Origin: a virus
Reading direction: 5' to 3' (one strand)
DNA length: 64,000 bases
IMG/VR virus record: IMGVR_UViG_3300045988_112927
Coordinates: 56,519-120,518 of that record
In this document: piece after piece, positions 1 through 9,946 of the stretch
How positions within the stretch are numbered: position 1 is the first letter of the stretch
Layout: the number at the start of each line of letters is the position of its first letter
Notes under the pieces: generated by a model
What the model was told of the DNA's origin: nothing
Databases searched by the model: none
Seen by the model: the letters and a program-made list of their open reading frames with translations, nothing else
Position numbers and translations under genes: made by a program

Positions 1-1062
1 TTAGAATATTTGTTTAAATCTGTTCCATCATCTAAAGTTTCTCCAAGATTTAAACCTTGAATACGAGCAAAGATAGTTTTAAATGCTGTACCAACAACAT
101 CTGCACTTTGACGAGTTGTAGCTGTTACTGTCGCTAAAGCAGCTGCCGCATTCTCGTAGCTTAAACCAATGCTATCTGCAACAGCGGCAAATTTTTCCAT
201 ACCTTGAGAAATCTCATCAGAGCTTGATGCAGTATCAGCACCTAATCTTACTAATACATCAGCATAATGTTCAAGAGATTTAGTTCCATTATCAAAGTTA
301 TTCCAAATTGCTGTTAATTGGTCTGAAGCAGTTTCAGAACTAATTCTAGCTACATTAGCCATTTTAACCGTTACATTAGTTCTTTCTTCCACTTCTTTAT
401 CATTCAAACCTTGCTGATAGTAAATTAAAGATGCATTAGTATACTCTAAAGTAGTGGCATTTAATGCTTTTGCTGCTTTATTTGCCTTATCAGCGAATTT
501 ATCCATCTGGTCAACAGACTGACCAGTAACAATTCTAATATTATTTAACGATTCATTCAAATCTTGAGCATAACCATACGCAGAATGTAATGTTCCCATA
601 AAACCATGCATTATACTAGAAGAAATTTGCCAACGAGCAGTATTTTTCATTGTTGTTACAAATTCATCTAACATTGCATTAGTTCTTCTTAAAGGAACTT
701 CTGCATTAGAAATTGATTGAGCCAAAGAAAGAAAAGCTTGATTACCTGCTGGTCCAAGCTTACTTAATTCTTCTCTATATTTTTCTAATGACATACCACT
801 CTTTTTTAAAGAGTCATTAAATTTTGTTAAATCTAATTTACCAGTATTTACATTTGTAGCTTGCTCTAATTGAACTTTTAAGCGAGCTGCCGCAGATGTA
901 GCATTAGAAATATCTTTTGTAATCCCCAAACCAGAAGTAGCATTAGCTTTCATGGTTGAATTCATTAAATTAGTTAATTGATTTTGCAAGTCTTGTAATT
1001 GCTTTCTTGCTTGACTTGTATCGGCGGTAAACCCTAAACTAACATTTAACTGTTTAGCCATT
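1..1062 (-). CDS. tail tape measure protein, N-terminal part (partial, continues past window start)
   Basis: Minus-strand ORF starting ATG at 1062 (RBS AAAGGAG upstream), open to position 1; translation MAKQLNVSLGFTADTSQARKQLQDLQ... Ala/Gln/Leu-rich helical repeat typical of TMP; last gene of tail module. Confidence 0.55.
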
Positions 1063-1109
1063 TCTTTACCTACTCCTTTCTCTCCGAATTTATTTTTTTA
1101 TTTGCAAAT

Positions 1110-1160
1110 AAAAAAAATAGGGATAAGAGTAATATCTACTCTTATCCCCATTACTCTATT
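1110..1160 (-). terminator. rho-independent terminator-like hairpin (minus strand)
   Basis: GGGATAAGAGTA-ATATC-TACTCTTATCCC hairpin followed (on minus strand) by T-run. Confidence 0.4.
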
Positions 1161-1195
1161 ATTACTTCAAAAAAGTTTTAATAGAATGTATTTAA

Positions 1196-1738
1196 TTAGC
1201 CCAATTTGGTCATGATACCTTTTAATAAAGCAAGATTTTCTGGGTCAGCAATTTGTTTCTGAAGTTCACTTGCATCAAGACTTAAATTACTATAATCAGT
1301 ACTAACTGCATCTAAAATACCCATAATTGAATTGTTATATGAATAAATACTTTCAATAGTGTCCATTGTTGTATCTAAGATATAATCATATTCACTTTGA
1401 GGAATCGCTTCCATAATAATATCATATAAACCAGAAGAAATGATTAAATCATATAATTTACAAACATCTTCTTTCTGTTTATCAGTAAAGTTAATATTTG
1501 TATATGTAAACATCATTTCCAAAGCTAAGAAAATATGAATTTTACCAACATTATAAAACTTCATATCATCTGCGCTCTGATTTAAAATTCGACTAATCAT
1601 TTCTAATTTATCATTGATTGGTAAGTATTGCTTAACCTCAATATCTTGGTCATTCCATGTTACAGTTTTTACTTCTGTATTTGTTTTTAAACCAAGCTTT
1701 ATAAAACTAACTTTTGCCATAATAGCCTCCTCTATCAC
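1196..1738 (-). CDS. hypothetical protein (tail-assembly region)
   Basis: ORF track 180 aa; position between tail genes and TMP. Confidence 0.3.
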   Translation of the reverse strand: MIEEAIMAKVSFIKLGLKTNTEVKTVTWNDQDIEVKQYLPINDKLEMISRILNQSADDMKFYNVGKIHIFLALEMMFTYTNINFTDKQKEDVCKLYDLIISSGLYDIIMEAIPQSEYDYILDTTMDTIESIYSYNNSIMGILDAVSTDYSNLSLDASELQKQIADPENLALLKGIMTKLG

Positions 1739-1786
1739 ATCTTTTATTTATATTATACCAAAAATTTTCTCTTTTGTCAAGACAAA

Positions 1787-2899
1787 TTAATATTTTGGCT
1801 CATATATACGTCCAGAAATGCTTTTACCATTTGTTTTATAAGATGTCATATATAATTGTGCATTATCTCTTAATTCTTCTAATTTTTGAGACATAGTTGT
1901 TAATAATCTACTTCTAGTAGATAAGAAAATATTATTATGACCAATAGCATCTTGTAAATGATAAGCCACTAAATATCTATTTACACTACGTCCTTCTTCA
2001 TTATCAACATGATGAGTTACATTTCTTCTTAAAACATTTTCGTGATATTTAGTAACATCAATGTCATCACCATCTACCATAAAAAATTTATTCAAATTAC
2101 CATCGTAAAATTTTATAGGAGCATTACCAGATTTTACGGAAATACCAACAGCACCAGGTTGAATAATATCTTCATATATATCTACAGGGATATTAACTCT
2201 TTTATTACCTTCTTGATTATTTAAAACTGATTGTAAAGATTTTTTTGATTTATCAGAGAATACAATCATAATATCTTCTGCAATTTGTCTGCGGCTTCCA
2301 GACCCCATATTACCAGTATTAATTGATATTGCGCCAGTTGCTTCTATATCATCAGGAAAAACATCTTTTAAAGCTTCCATAACGGCCGCTTCTAAATAAG
2401 CACCTTTTAAGTTAGATAAATAGCCGGTAAATTTCTTTTGGTTATTAGTGCTTTTTATTTGATTTATGCGAACCATAATTTTCGTAATCCAGTTATTCAA
2501 ATCTTGATTTGATACTAAATTTGTAGCGTCTTTCGCAGAAACAATAGCTTTTCCATAATTTCCATCTGCAAGAGCTTTTAATCCAGCTATAGATTCTTCT
2601 TTACCAAAAACTTGCAATTCTCTATCCAAATCTAAAATCATTGCGGCTACTTGTTGTTGTATTTGTGCGGCAGTTGACGCAGATTCTTTTATTTGTTCAA
2701 AAGAAATCAAAGATTCAATTTTACTAATAGCATCATTAATTTCTTTATCTTGTTCTGAAGCATTTGTCATAGTAATCAAATCCTCAATAAAAGGCTTAGC
2801 TTTTCCAGATAATTGATTTAAGAATGTCTTTTCTCTTTGACGATAAATTTGAATATGTTTATTATATAAAGCTTTTGTTAAATCTTCACTTTTTCCCAT
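1787..2899 (-). CDS. hypothetical phage tail-associated protein
   Basis: ORF track 370 aa; between putative major tail protein and TMP. Confidence 0.3.
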   Translation of the reverse strand: MGKSEDLTKALYNKHIQIYRQREKTFLNQLSGKAKPFIEDLITMTNASEQDKEINDAISKIESLISFEQIKESASTAAQIQQQVAAMILDLDRELQVFGKEESIAGLKALADGNYGKAIVSAKDATNLVSNQDLNNWITKIMVRINQIKSTNNQKKFTGYLSNLKGAYLEAAVMEALKDVFPDDIEATGAISINTGNMGSGSRRQIAEDIMIVFSDKSKKSLQSVLNNQEGNKRVNIPVDIYEDIIQPGAVGISVKSGNAPIKFYDGNLNKFFMVDGDDIDVTKYHENVLRRNVTHHVDNEEGRSVNRYLVAYHLQDAIGHNNIFLSTRSRLLTTMSQKLEELRDNAQLYMTSYKTNGKSISGRIYEPKY

Positions 2900-2919
2900 A
2901 TATATCTCCTTTTTTACAA

Positions 2920-2957
2920 ACGAAAAAATGGGGAAGATACCGAAGTATCTTCCCCTT
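2920..2957 (-). terminator. intrinsic terminator after major tail gene
   Basis: GGGGAAGATAC-CGAA-GTATCTTCCCC hairpin followed by U-run on minus strand. Confidence 0.45.
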
Positions 2958-2978
2958 AATTTTCCTTAATCATTTAGA

Positions 2979-3920
2979 TTAGGCAAAGATTGTTCCTAAT
3001 CTGTGGTCAGCTAAACTCTCATCAGCAGAACCGATAATCTGGATAGCTGCAAGTACTTTCTTAGAGCGGTCAAATCTTGTATAATCTGGGAACGCATCCA
3101 TTGTGAAAGTAAATGTTGATGGGTCTCCTGAAGACGCCATAGTGAAAGTGAAGTTAGACTGAATCTTGCAGTTAGGAATGATGAATTCTGCAGGTAAATC
3201 TTTACCATCCTGAGTACGGAATAATGTAGAAGACTCTAAGTAGAAGTTACCACCGAACTTATCTGCTGTGATTTCAATCTGCTGTGCGCCACTCTTGTGC
3301 TCTACATAGTAATCAATAAGAACTGCATCAAACTGATTAGCTGCAGGTAATTTAACAGTAACATCATGCTCACCAGCATTACCGTGAACATCAGTAATAT
3401 TCTGGATACCTACTACGTTCTCTTTATCTTCCCAAGTAGCTTCAGAAAGAATAAATGGCTCAGAAATAATTTCACCATTCTTCATAAACATTGCATAAGC
3501 GTAGTTCTCAGCTTTGTTCTTTGGTAAATATGCTTTATTAGTTAAAGCAACCTTAATTACCCCGTCAGTAGAAGTATCACAGTCAACAACATCAACTGTT
3601 TCTGTAACATGCTGATATACTGGAGTATCATTACCAGCTTCTACTAAACCAGCACCTGAAAGAATCATGAATCCTTCTGGAGAAATAAGAGCATCTTCCA
3701 TAGTGAAGGTTACAGTTCTTTCACCTTCCCATGCAACCAAACGAGAATTACCACGACCACCTTGTGCATATACAGTAGTAGCAGCACCTTCCATGCTAGA
3801 AGTCTTTAAAGTATCGAAATAAATTACAGGCTCGTTAGGGTAGAATGTCTTATTACCAATCTTTTGAGTAGTCTTTGCTTTCAAAACTACGTCGCAAATC
3901 TCACGAACACCAAATTTCAT
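2979..3920 (-). CDS. putative major tail (tube) protein
   Basis: 313 aa, position upstream of chaperone-like genes and TMP, followed by strong terminator (high expression). Confidence 0.35.
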   Translation of the reverse strand: MKFGVREICDVVLKAKTTQKIGNKTFYPNEPVIYFDTLKTSSMEGAATTVYAQGGRGNSRLVAWEGERTVTFTMEDALISPEGFMILSGAGLVEAGNDTPVYQHVTETVDVVDCDTSTDGVIKVALTNKAYLPKNKAENYAYAMFMKNGEIISEPFILSEATWEDKENVVGIQNITDVHGNAGEHDVTVKLPAANQFDAVLIDYYVEHKSGAQQIEITADKFGGNFYLESSTLFRTQDGKDLPAEFIIPNCKIQSNFTFTMASSGDPSTFTFTMDAFPDYTRFDRSKKVLAAIQIIGSADESLADHRLGTIFA

Positions 3921-3943
3921 AGTGCATATTCCTCCTTATTATT

Positions 3944-4669
3944 TTAGTGGATATTTTTCATCCAATCTTCGGGTTGGGAGTCTGGCTTTCCACCCGCTAA
4001 ACGAGTACGAATGTTCAAATCCCAATTTGTATATAGTGTATATCTTTCCAATAGGTCATACAGTTGATACATTGTACAATCTATTAAATTCTGTAACGAC
4101 ATGGAGTTTAAACCAACAGTCAAGATTGAAAGATATCTACTAAACGTACTTTGATTGCCACCCCCGTTTTGTGCGGCAACCCTTTGACGACCTCTCATAA
4201 GCTTCTCCGCAATCTCCCTAGCCTTTTCATCTGCTGGGTTGAATGCTTGCTGGTCCATCGGACCGGTATTCGCGCAAAAAACAATTCTGATAGCATTTTG
4301 CAATGCTTCAAAATTCTCGCTATCAACCATGGGAGAATCGTTTTCACCTTTAAAGAGTATCGAACGAGGTGTCATCATAACATTATATCGCGGAAATAGT
4401 AGTGATAATACCTGAATCACACTCTTCTTTTTATCGACAGTTTCTTTCTCTGTCATCATCGTCATAAATATTTGAAAATTAGTCACCTCTGATAGAGCAT
4501 CTTTGTCCTTTACAAACATGCTTTTATGTAAACATAAACATTGAACCCCAACAAAAAAATCGTCTTCTCCAAGGTAAGAAATTTCTTTAATAGAGGGTTG
4601 GTGAAGAATTAATCTACATTCAGGAATCGGAATGTCAGAACCCGCCATTAAAGCAAGTCTAATATCCAT
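3944..4669 (-). CDS. hypothetical structural/neck protein
   Basis: ORF track 241 aa, in head-tail joining region. Confidence 0.3.
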   Translation of the reverse strand: MDIRLALMAGSDIPIPECRLILHQPSIKEISYLGEDDFFVGVQCLCLHKSMFVKDKDALSEVTNFQIFMTMMTEKETVDKKKSVIQVLSLLFPRYNVMMTPRSILFKGENDSPMVDSENFEALQNAIRIVFCANTGPMDQQAFNPADEKAREIAEKLMRGRQRVAAQNGGGNQSTFSRYLSILTVGLNSMSLQNLIDCTMYQLYDLLERYTLYTNWDLNIRTRLAGGKPDSQPEDWMKNIH

Positions 4670-5271
4670 TATTCATCATCTTTCATATCATTTTCCACAT
4701 CTTCAAGAATTTCTTCAAAATGTTGGATATCATTCTTAATTGGAGTGTAAGCATTTTTATCTTCTTCACCATGAATTGCGGCATACATTAAACTAATACC
4801 AGCAAATTCATCTGTTAAAACGACTTGGTTTGCACCAATAAATTGTAAAGTGCCAATTCCACTTAAATATTTATTGTTGAACATTGAATCAATTTCTGCG
4901 GCAATTCTATATGGTCTTAATTGGAAATTTCCAAGATTCCATTGGTCAAAATGGCAGATAATATCAAAATTAACAATATTATCTCTGTATTCTGGATTGC
5001 TTGCATTTGGTGTAAAGTTATCAAATGATATTACAATATAATTCAATATAGTTGGGTCAACAGTAATTTTAGGAACAATTTTTATAATTCCTTTTTCAAT
5101 CATTTCTGCAACTGAAATATCCGGCGTTTCTTGGCTTAATGCATCTTTTGTGGTATTACACAATAATCTCTTTAAGCGAGAACACTTTTCCATATTGCCG
5201 GTAATGATAGACATATCCTTTTCCAGTGACAAGAAACTTGATTTTGGGGGTGCGTATCTATCAATCCTCAT
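4669..5271 (-). CDS. hypothetical structural protein
   Basis: ORF track 200 aa; start overlaps stop of upstream gene (translational coupling). Confidence 0.3.
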   Translation of the reverse strand: MRIDRYAPPKSSFLSLEKDMSIITGNMEKCSRLKRLLCNTTKDALSQETPDISVAEMIEKGIIKIVPKITVDPTILNYIVISFDNFTPNASNPEYRDNIVNFDIICHFDQWNLGNFQLRPYRIAAEIDSMFNNKYLSGIGTLQFIGANQVVLTDEFAGISLMYAAIHGEEDKNAYTPIKNDIQHFEEILEDVENDMKDDE

Positions 5272-5291
5272 AATCTAGACTCCTTTAACTC

Positions 5292-6434
5292 TTAAAATAA
5301 CGATTCTACAACAACCGTTTTAGTAAAATTACCATAAACCAATTCAAACTGTCCACTATAACTATTATTCCATTCAAGAGTAATTTCATTAGTCTTATCT
5401 GGATTAATTATATATTTAACTGGATAAGATGGGTCTATTGACCAAGTACTATTATTGATACCTTTATAAGTATATGTATACTTTTTACGTGGCTTAATAA
5501 ATGTCTCTCCCTCAATTAAAATGTCAACATTAGGCTTATTAACATTATAAGGAATAGATTTAAGTCCACCCGCAATACCTTCAATAATATTATCTTCTGA
5601 CTCATTAATATAATACTCAACTGCAGTAATTTCTAAAATACCAGGAGTACTAATACTGTCAGTTGCTTCGACTCTCCAACATACCCAAGGTATAGTATCA
5701 AAATTTTCATCCAATCTGTGAATATAAAAGGTTGCATAGCGTTTGAAATAACTTATAGTTTTTTCAGTTTTTGGTAATAATATATTTAATGAATGATTCG
5801 GCTCATCTACGCTTATACCATTCTTTTGTATAAAGTTAATTTTTGTTTCTACTGGACCTCTGACTGCGCCATATGTTTCTTCAATAGTAATCATATTTTT
5901 AGTTGAGTCTTCAAAAGGGAATTTAATAGCATAAGAGCATTTTCTTATATCCCCTCTGAAATATGCCAATTCAGTTAAATCCTGTAGATAAATTAACCAA
6001 TAAGTATTAGTCCCTTCCCATTCAAACACATCACCTGGTTTAAATCCAGCTTCATAATAAACGGAAACTACTTTATCATCATAGTCTTGCTTTAATTTAT
6101 TCGGGTTAATTAAAGCTCTAACTGGTTTATCTTCAGTATCACTAATACTTTCAAAATTATCATTATCGCTATTTTCTTCAAAAATAACCTTTTTTATCGT
6201 TGCGGCCTGATATGAATACAATAATGCTTTAGCTAAAGAGCGCATCTTGTCTTTAATCATGCGGGCTTGTTGCGACGTTCCTCCAAAGTGCTTCAATATT
6301 GTTCTCTGATTATCTAGACCAGCGATGCTTTCTTCGACCTCGTCCGCTATTCCATCCCCTTGAATCTGAATTTTCTTATCAAAAAATCCTAAACGCCCTT
6401 TCATTAAGTTAAGAGAACTATTTTTATTCTCCAT
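5292..6434 (-). CDS. hypothetical structural protein
   Basis: ORF track 380 aa. Confidence 0.3.
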   Translation of the reverse strand: MENKNSSLNLMKGRLGFFDKKIQIQGDGIADEVEESIAGLDNQRTILKHFGGTSQQARMIKDKMRSLAKALLYSYQAATIKKVIFEENSDNDNFESISDTEDKPVRALINPNKLKQDYDDKVVSVYYEAGFKPGDVFEWEGTNTYWLIYLQDLTELAYFRGDIRKCSYAIKFPFEDSTKNMITIEETYGAVRGPVETKINFIQKNGISVDEPNHSLNILLPKTEKTISYFKRYATFYIHRLDENFDTIPWVCWRVEATDSISTPGILEITAVEYYINESEDNIIEGIAGGLKSIPYNVNKPNVDILIEGETFIKPRKKYTYTYKGINNSTWSIDPSYPVKYIINPDKTNEITLEWNNSYSGQFELVYGNFTKTVVVESLF

Positions 6435-6729
6435 GACTTAACTCCTGTAAAATACTGATACATTCAAAAATGGTCTTACGATATAATTCAAAAGTAGTTT
6501 CTTCAACTCGTAGACCTTCTAGCTTACTAAGCATTTGTAAAAAAGAAGACCCAATGAAAATTTCATTGAGCCCTGCAATTTCTAATATTACTGTATCCAA
6601 TTGTTTCTGCCAATCTTCTTCATGTTCGCGCATAGGAATCAACTTCCATAATTGGTTGGTTAAACGCTGAACATTCTTTACAATTTCTTCTTTATCGAAC
6701 ATTATTCCGTACTTATCAATCAAGAGCAC
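6424..6729 (-). CDS. hypothetical head-tail connector protein
   Basis: ORF track 101 aa, overlapping neighbours. Confidence 0.3.
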   Translation of the reverse strand: MLLIDKYGIMFDKEEIVKNVQRLTNQLWKLIPMREHEEDWQKQLDTVILEIAGLNEIFIGSSFLQMLSKLEGLRVEETTFELYRKTIFECISILQELSHGE

Positions 6730-7300
6730 TGTTCTCCCTAAATACTGACCAGTTAGACTTAAATCCTTCTTCAGTCAGTTTTCTACGCTTATACAAGCGT
6801 TGCATATGCAGTGATTCTCTCTGTGCTTCTGATAATAAACTAAGAAGCTTTGCCAAATGGTTAGCCTGAGAGGTAAATTTAAAATCAGTACCACTGTACT
6901 TCATTCTTGTTTGTTCGATAGAAGATACTTGTCTCTGAATCCAACCTTGTTTCATTAAAAGAGCAAGTATATTTTGTTCTTCTGCGGTAAGGTCGGCCGC
7001 AAAAGCAGATTTCTCAACAATAACATCAGGTATTTGAAGACCTTCGTCCTCTGGAATTTCGTTCCAAATAACGCCGATAATAAAATCTCCATCAGATACT
7101 TCATTTTCTGGGAGAACTTCTGTTTTTATATCATAATCAAACAGGTCTTGTCTAGGGAACTCAAAACCAGGAATTGCGTCCATTAATAAATTCTGCAAAT
7201 CTTTAATGGTATCCTCTGGAGTTAACTCCATATACATATCATCGGTAATTTTTCCAAGAAAACGATTATAAATAGCTGAGAATTTTGTTCCTTCAGCCAT
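6716..7300 (-). CDS. hypothetical head-tail connector protein
   Basis: ORF track 194 aa. Confidence 0.3.
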   Translation of the reverse strand: MAEGTKFSAIYNRFLGKITDDMYMELTPEDTIKDLQNLLMDAIPGFEFPRQDLFDYDIKTEVLPENEVSDGDFIIGVIWNEIPEDEGLQIPDVIVEKSAFAADLTAEEQNILALLMKQGWIQRQVSSIEQTRMKYSGTDFKFTSQANHLAKLLSLLSEAQRESLHMQRLYKRRKLTEEGFKSNWSVFRENSALD

Positions 7301-7314
7301 TTTTGTCCTCCTTA

Positions 7315-7878
7315 CTAATTACTCTTAGGAGTAACTACATTATATTTTGAACCAGTTGTTCTACGTCCAGCTGGTGGAATTTCTTCCTCTTTCTTTACCC
7401 TACGTTCAGTTCCTTGCTTTAAAATTGTTTCCTGTTCATCTTCTTTATCTTCCATGCTATGCTTAATAGCTGCATCAACATCGAAGCCAGTCTTTTGTTT
7501 TAAAGCCGCTCTCTTCTGCATATCATATAAAGGTACAGTAACACTTAGAGATTTGATTAAATCAATAACACCAACTGGCGCAAAATCCAAAGCATCAAGA
7601 AATTCATCAAGACTACCATTTGTAATCAAGTTCTTAACATCTTCCTCAGACATATAATACTCAGGCTCAACATTCTTCATTAAATTTGCGCCTCTCTCAA
7701 TCTGTAAGAAGTTTGTTAATAAAGCATTACCACCTGCAACATAAGATAATTTCTCAAGTTCATCTAAACTAATCTGTTTAGTTTCTCCTGGTGCAAAAGA
7801 ACGACGAACTCCAGTGTCTGGAATTGTATATCCAACAACACTTGTACTTCTATTTTTTACATTAAACATTTTTGCCAT
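7315..7878 (-). CDS. hypothetical protein (head completion region)
   Basis: ORF track 187 aa, first gene after capsid terminator. Confidence 0.3.
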   Translation of the reverse strand: MAKMFNVKNRSTSVVGYTIPDTGVRRSFAPGETKQISLDELEKLSYVAGGNALLTNFLQIERGANLMKNVEPEYYMSEEDVKNLITNGSLDEFLDALDFAPVGVIDLIKSLSVTVPLYDMQKRAALKQKTGFDVDAAIKHSMEDKEDEQETILKQGTERRVKKEEEIPPAGRRTTGSKYNVVTPKSN

Positions 7879-7904
7879 GTTTTTATTCTCCTTTTTCTCT
7901 TCAA

Positions 7905-7950
7905 AACTAAAAAAAGGGGAAACGGGGGTTTATCCCCATTTCCCCCTTTT
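7905..7950 (-). terminator. intrinsic terminator after capsid gene
   Basis: GGGGAAACGGGGGTTTATCCCCATTTCCCC hairpin with U-run on minus strand directly after stop of 7988..9139. Confidence 0.45.
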
Positions 7951-7987
7951 TATATTTCTATATTCGGTTATATTTTATTCCAGTGAA

Positions 7988-9139
7988 TTATTCCTGGGTA
8001 GGAGCCTGTGCAGGAGTTTCAGTGGTTGTAGTTACGTTAACATTAACAACAGGAGTTGCGTTAACATAAGCAGAACTGTCAAATACAGAACCACGTAAAT
8101 CCATCTGACCAGCTAATGATAAATCACAGTATGCACAAATGTTATTAGCCATCATAGCAACTACTCCAACCTTCTTATAAACCTGAATCTCACGTGAACG
8201 GTCTTTATTCACATATTCATCAACGATTGTATTTCCTTCGAAAGCAATCTTAACTGGCTTACTATCAGCACCTGAAGGAATAATATAGCAGTAACCTGGG
8301 TCAACACATTTCTTTGTGTTAGTTTCATCTTCAAGACCCTGTGGAAGGATAACTACTTTACGTCCCTTGTATGTAGCAAGATGACCAGTATCCCATAACT
8401 GCTGTTTCATAGCTTCAGTATATCTCCATCCCTCAGAAGGAACCATCTTTACTGCGAACTCATAAGTACAGTAAATTGTAGGCTCACCATAAGCAGAAGC
8501 GATAACTAAAAGTCTATCGAACTCAGTCTCATCGAAACCTGCATAAGCTACCAAGTTAGCTGGAGGCAACTGGTTAACAGAAGCCTTAAGTGCATGACCA
8601 ACTTCTTTGAATACCAATTCATCCATACCATCCATGATAATAGCAGTAACCTCAGCGAAGTCTACACGACCATCAAGGAACTCCTCAAATCCAATCTGAG
8701 CAGCGCCACCGATAGCAGATGTACGAACTTCGAAGGTCTCATCTTCGGTAGGACCAAGTTTGAATACTTCGTAAATACCAGCTAATCCAACACGAGTGAT
8801 GAACTGCTTAGCACGACTACGAGTATCTCTCTTACGTCTGAACAAAGGCTTGTCGCCCTGTGCAAATGTTTTAACTTCAGCGAACTGCATGTAAGCTTCA
8901 GTAACTTTCTTAGGAAGAATGTCATCAAGAACTTCTTCAATTACTGCGAAAATTAAGTTCTTGTTCTCTCTGTACAAAGAATATGTACCAGCATATTCAT
9001 TTAATTCTTGACGAAGTGTCTCATTAAGAGCTTCATAGCTGAAACTCTCTCCACCGTAACTGTAAGATACAGGAGCGGAAGGGTCAGCTTTTGCTACAGT
9101 CTTCATTAACTGTACTAAATCGTTTTTATTCAAAGCCAT
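7988..9139 (-). CDS. putative major capsid protein
   Basis: 383 aa; position after portal/scaffold genes; followed by strong terminator. Confidence 0.45.
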   Translation of the reverse strand: MALNKNDLVQLMKTVAKADPSAPVSYSYGGESFSYEALNETLRQELNEYAGTYSLYRENKNLIFAVIEEVLDDILPKKVTEAYMQFAEVKTFAQGDKPLFRRKRDTRSRAKQFITRVGLAGIYEVFKLGPTEDETFEVRTSAIGGAAQIGFEEFLDGRVDFAEVTAIIMDGMDELVFKEVGHALKASVNQLPPANLVAYAGFDETEFDRLLVIASAYGEPTIYCTYEFAVKMVPSEGWRYTEAMKQQLWDTGHLATYKGRKVVILPQGLEDETNTKKCVDPGYCYIIPSGADSKPVKIAFEGNTIVDEYVNKDRSREIQVYKKVGVVAMMANNICAYCDLSLAGQMDLRGSVFDSSAYVNATPVVNVNVTTTTETPAQAPTQE

Positions 9140-9158
9140 TATTCTCTACTCTCCTTTC

Positions 9159-9920
9159 TTACGCTACACGCATAATTTTAACTGCCTTTTGATGGTCAGC
9201 TAATGTATATACTTTAACAACTTGCCACTGCATAGATGCCTTATCAGCACCAGCCTTAGCTAAGATACCGTCGGTTGCCTGAGGTGTTAATAAATCACCT
9301 ACTGCAAGAGTCTCTTCATTTACACAATTAGTAGTTAAGATGTCACCAACGTTTGTCTTGTAAACACGTGGAACCATTGTAGTACCAGTAGGCATCATCT
9401 TCTCTTTGTAATCATGAAGTCTCTTGAATAATTCTCCACCCTCTTCAGAGTTGATATCACTCATCTCCCAGTAATCTTCAACTTCACTAGCTACTGAGTA
9501 GTCAGGAGTTTCACCTGTTACAGGATTCTTAACTGGATTAGGGTTGTTTGACTGCCAGAAACGAGTAGGACCAAATTCTGATTCCGCTCTATCTGGGTCA
9601 TATGGGCTGTAAACACGAGCACCATAGTTACCTTTTAACATTGCGAATTCGCAATCTAACTGATGCTCTCTATAAAGTTTGGTTTCATTATATACAAGCA
9701 TCCATTCGCCAATTCCTGTAAAGTTAACTAAGCCATTAGCATAGTCATACTTAACGAACTGACCTTGCTCTAAAACGTTAATAGCAGCGTCTGCAGGCAA
9801 CTGAGCGTAAATCTGACCAGTTCTCTGAGCAGATAAGTGATTTGGCTCAACCTGAGCATAACCCATATCTACATACTTAGCCTGAGACTTAATATGCTGT
9901 TTTAAAAACTCTCTAAGCAT
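9159..9920 (-). CDS. hypothetical head protein (decoration or capsid-associated)
   Basis: ORF track 253 aa between scaffold-like gene and capsid candidate. Confidence 0.25.
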   Translation of the reverse strand: MLREFLKQHIKSQAKYVDMGYAQVEPNHLSAQRTGQIYAQLPADAAINVLEQGQFVKYDYANGLVNFTGIGEWMLVYNETKLYREHQLDCEFAMLKGNYGARVYSPYDPDRAESEFGPTRFWQSNNPNPVKNPVTGETPDYSVASEVEDYWEMSDINSEEGGELFKRLHDYKEKMMPTGTTMVPRVYKTNVGDILTTNCVNEETLAVGDLLTPQATDGILAKAGADKASMQWQVVKVYTLADHQKAVKIMRVA

Positions 9921-9946
9921 TATGGTATATCCTCCTTAAAAATTTT

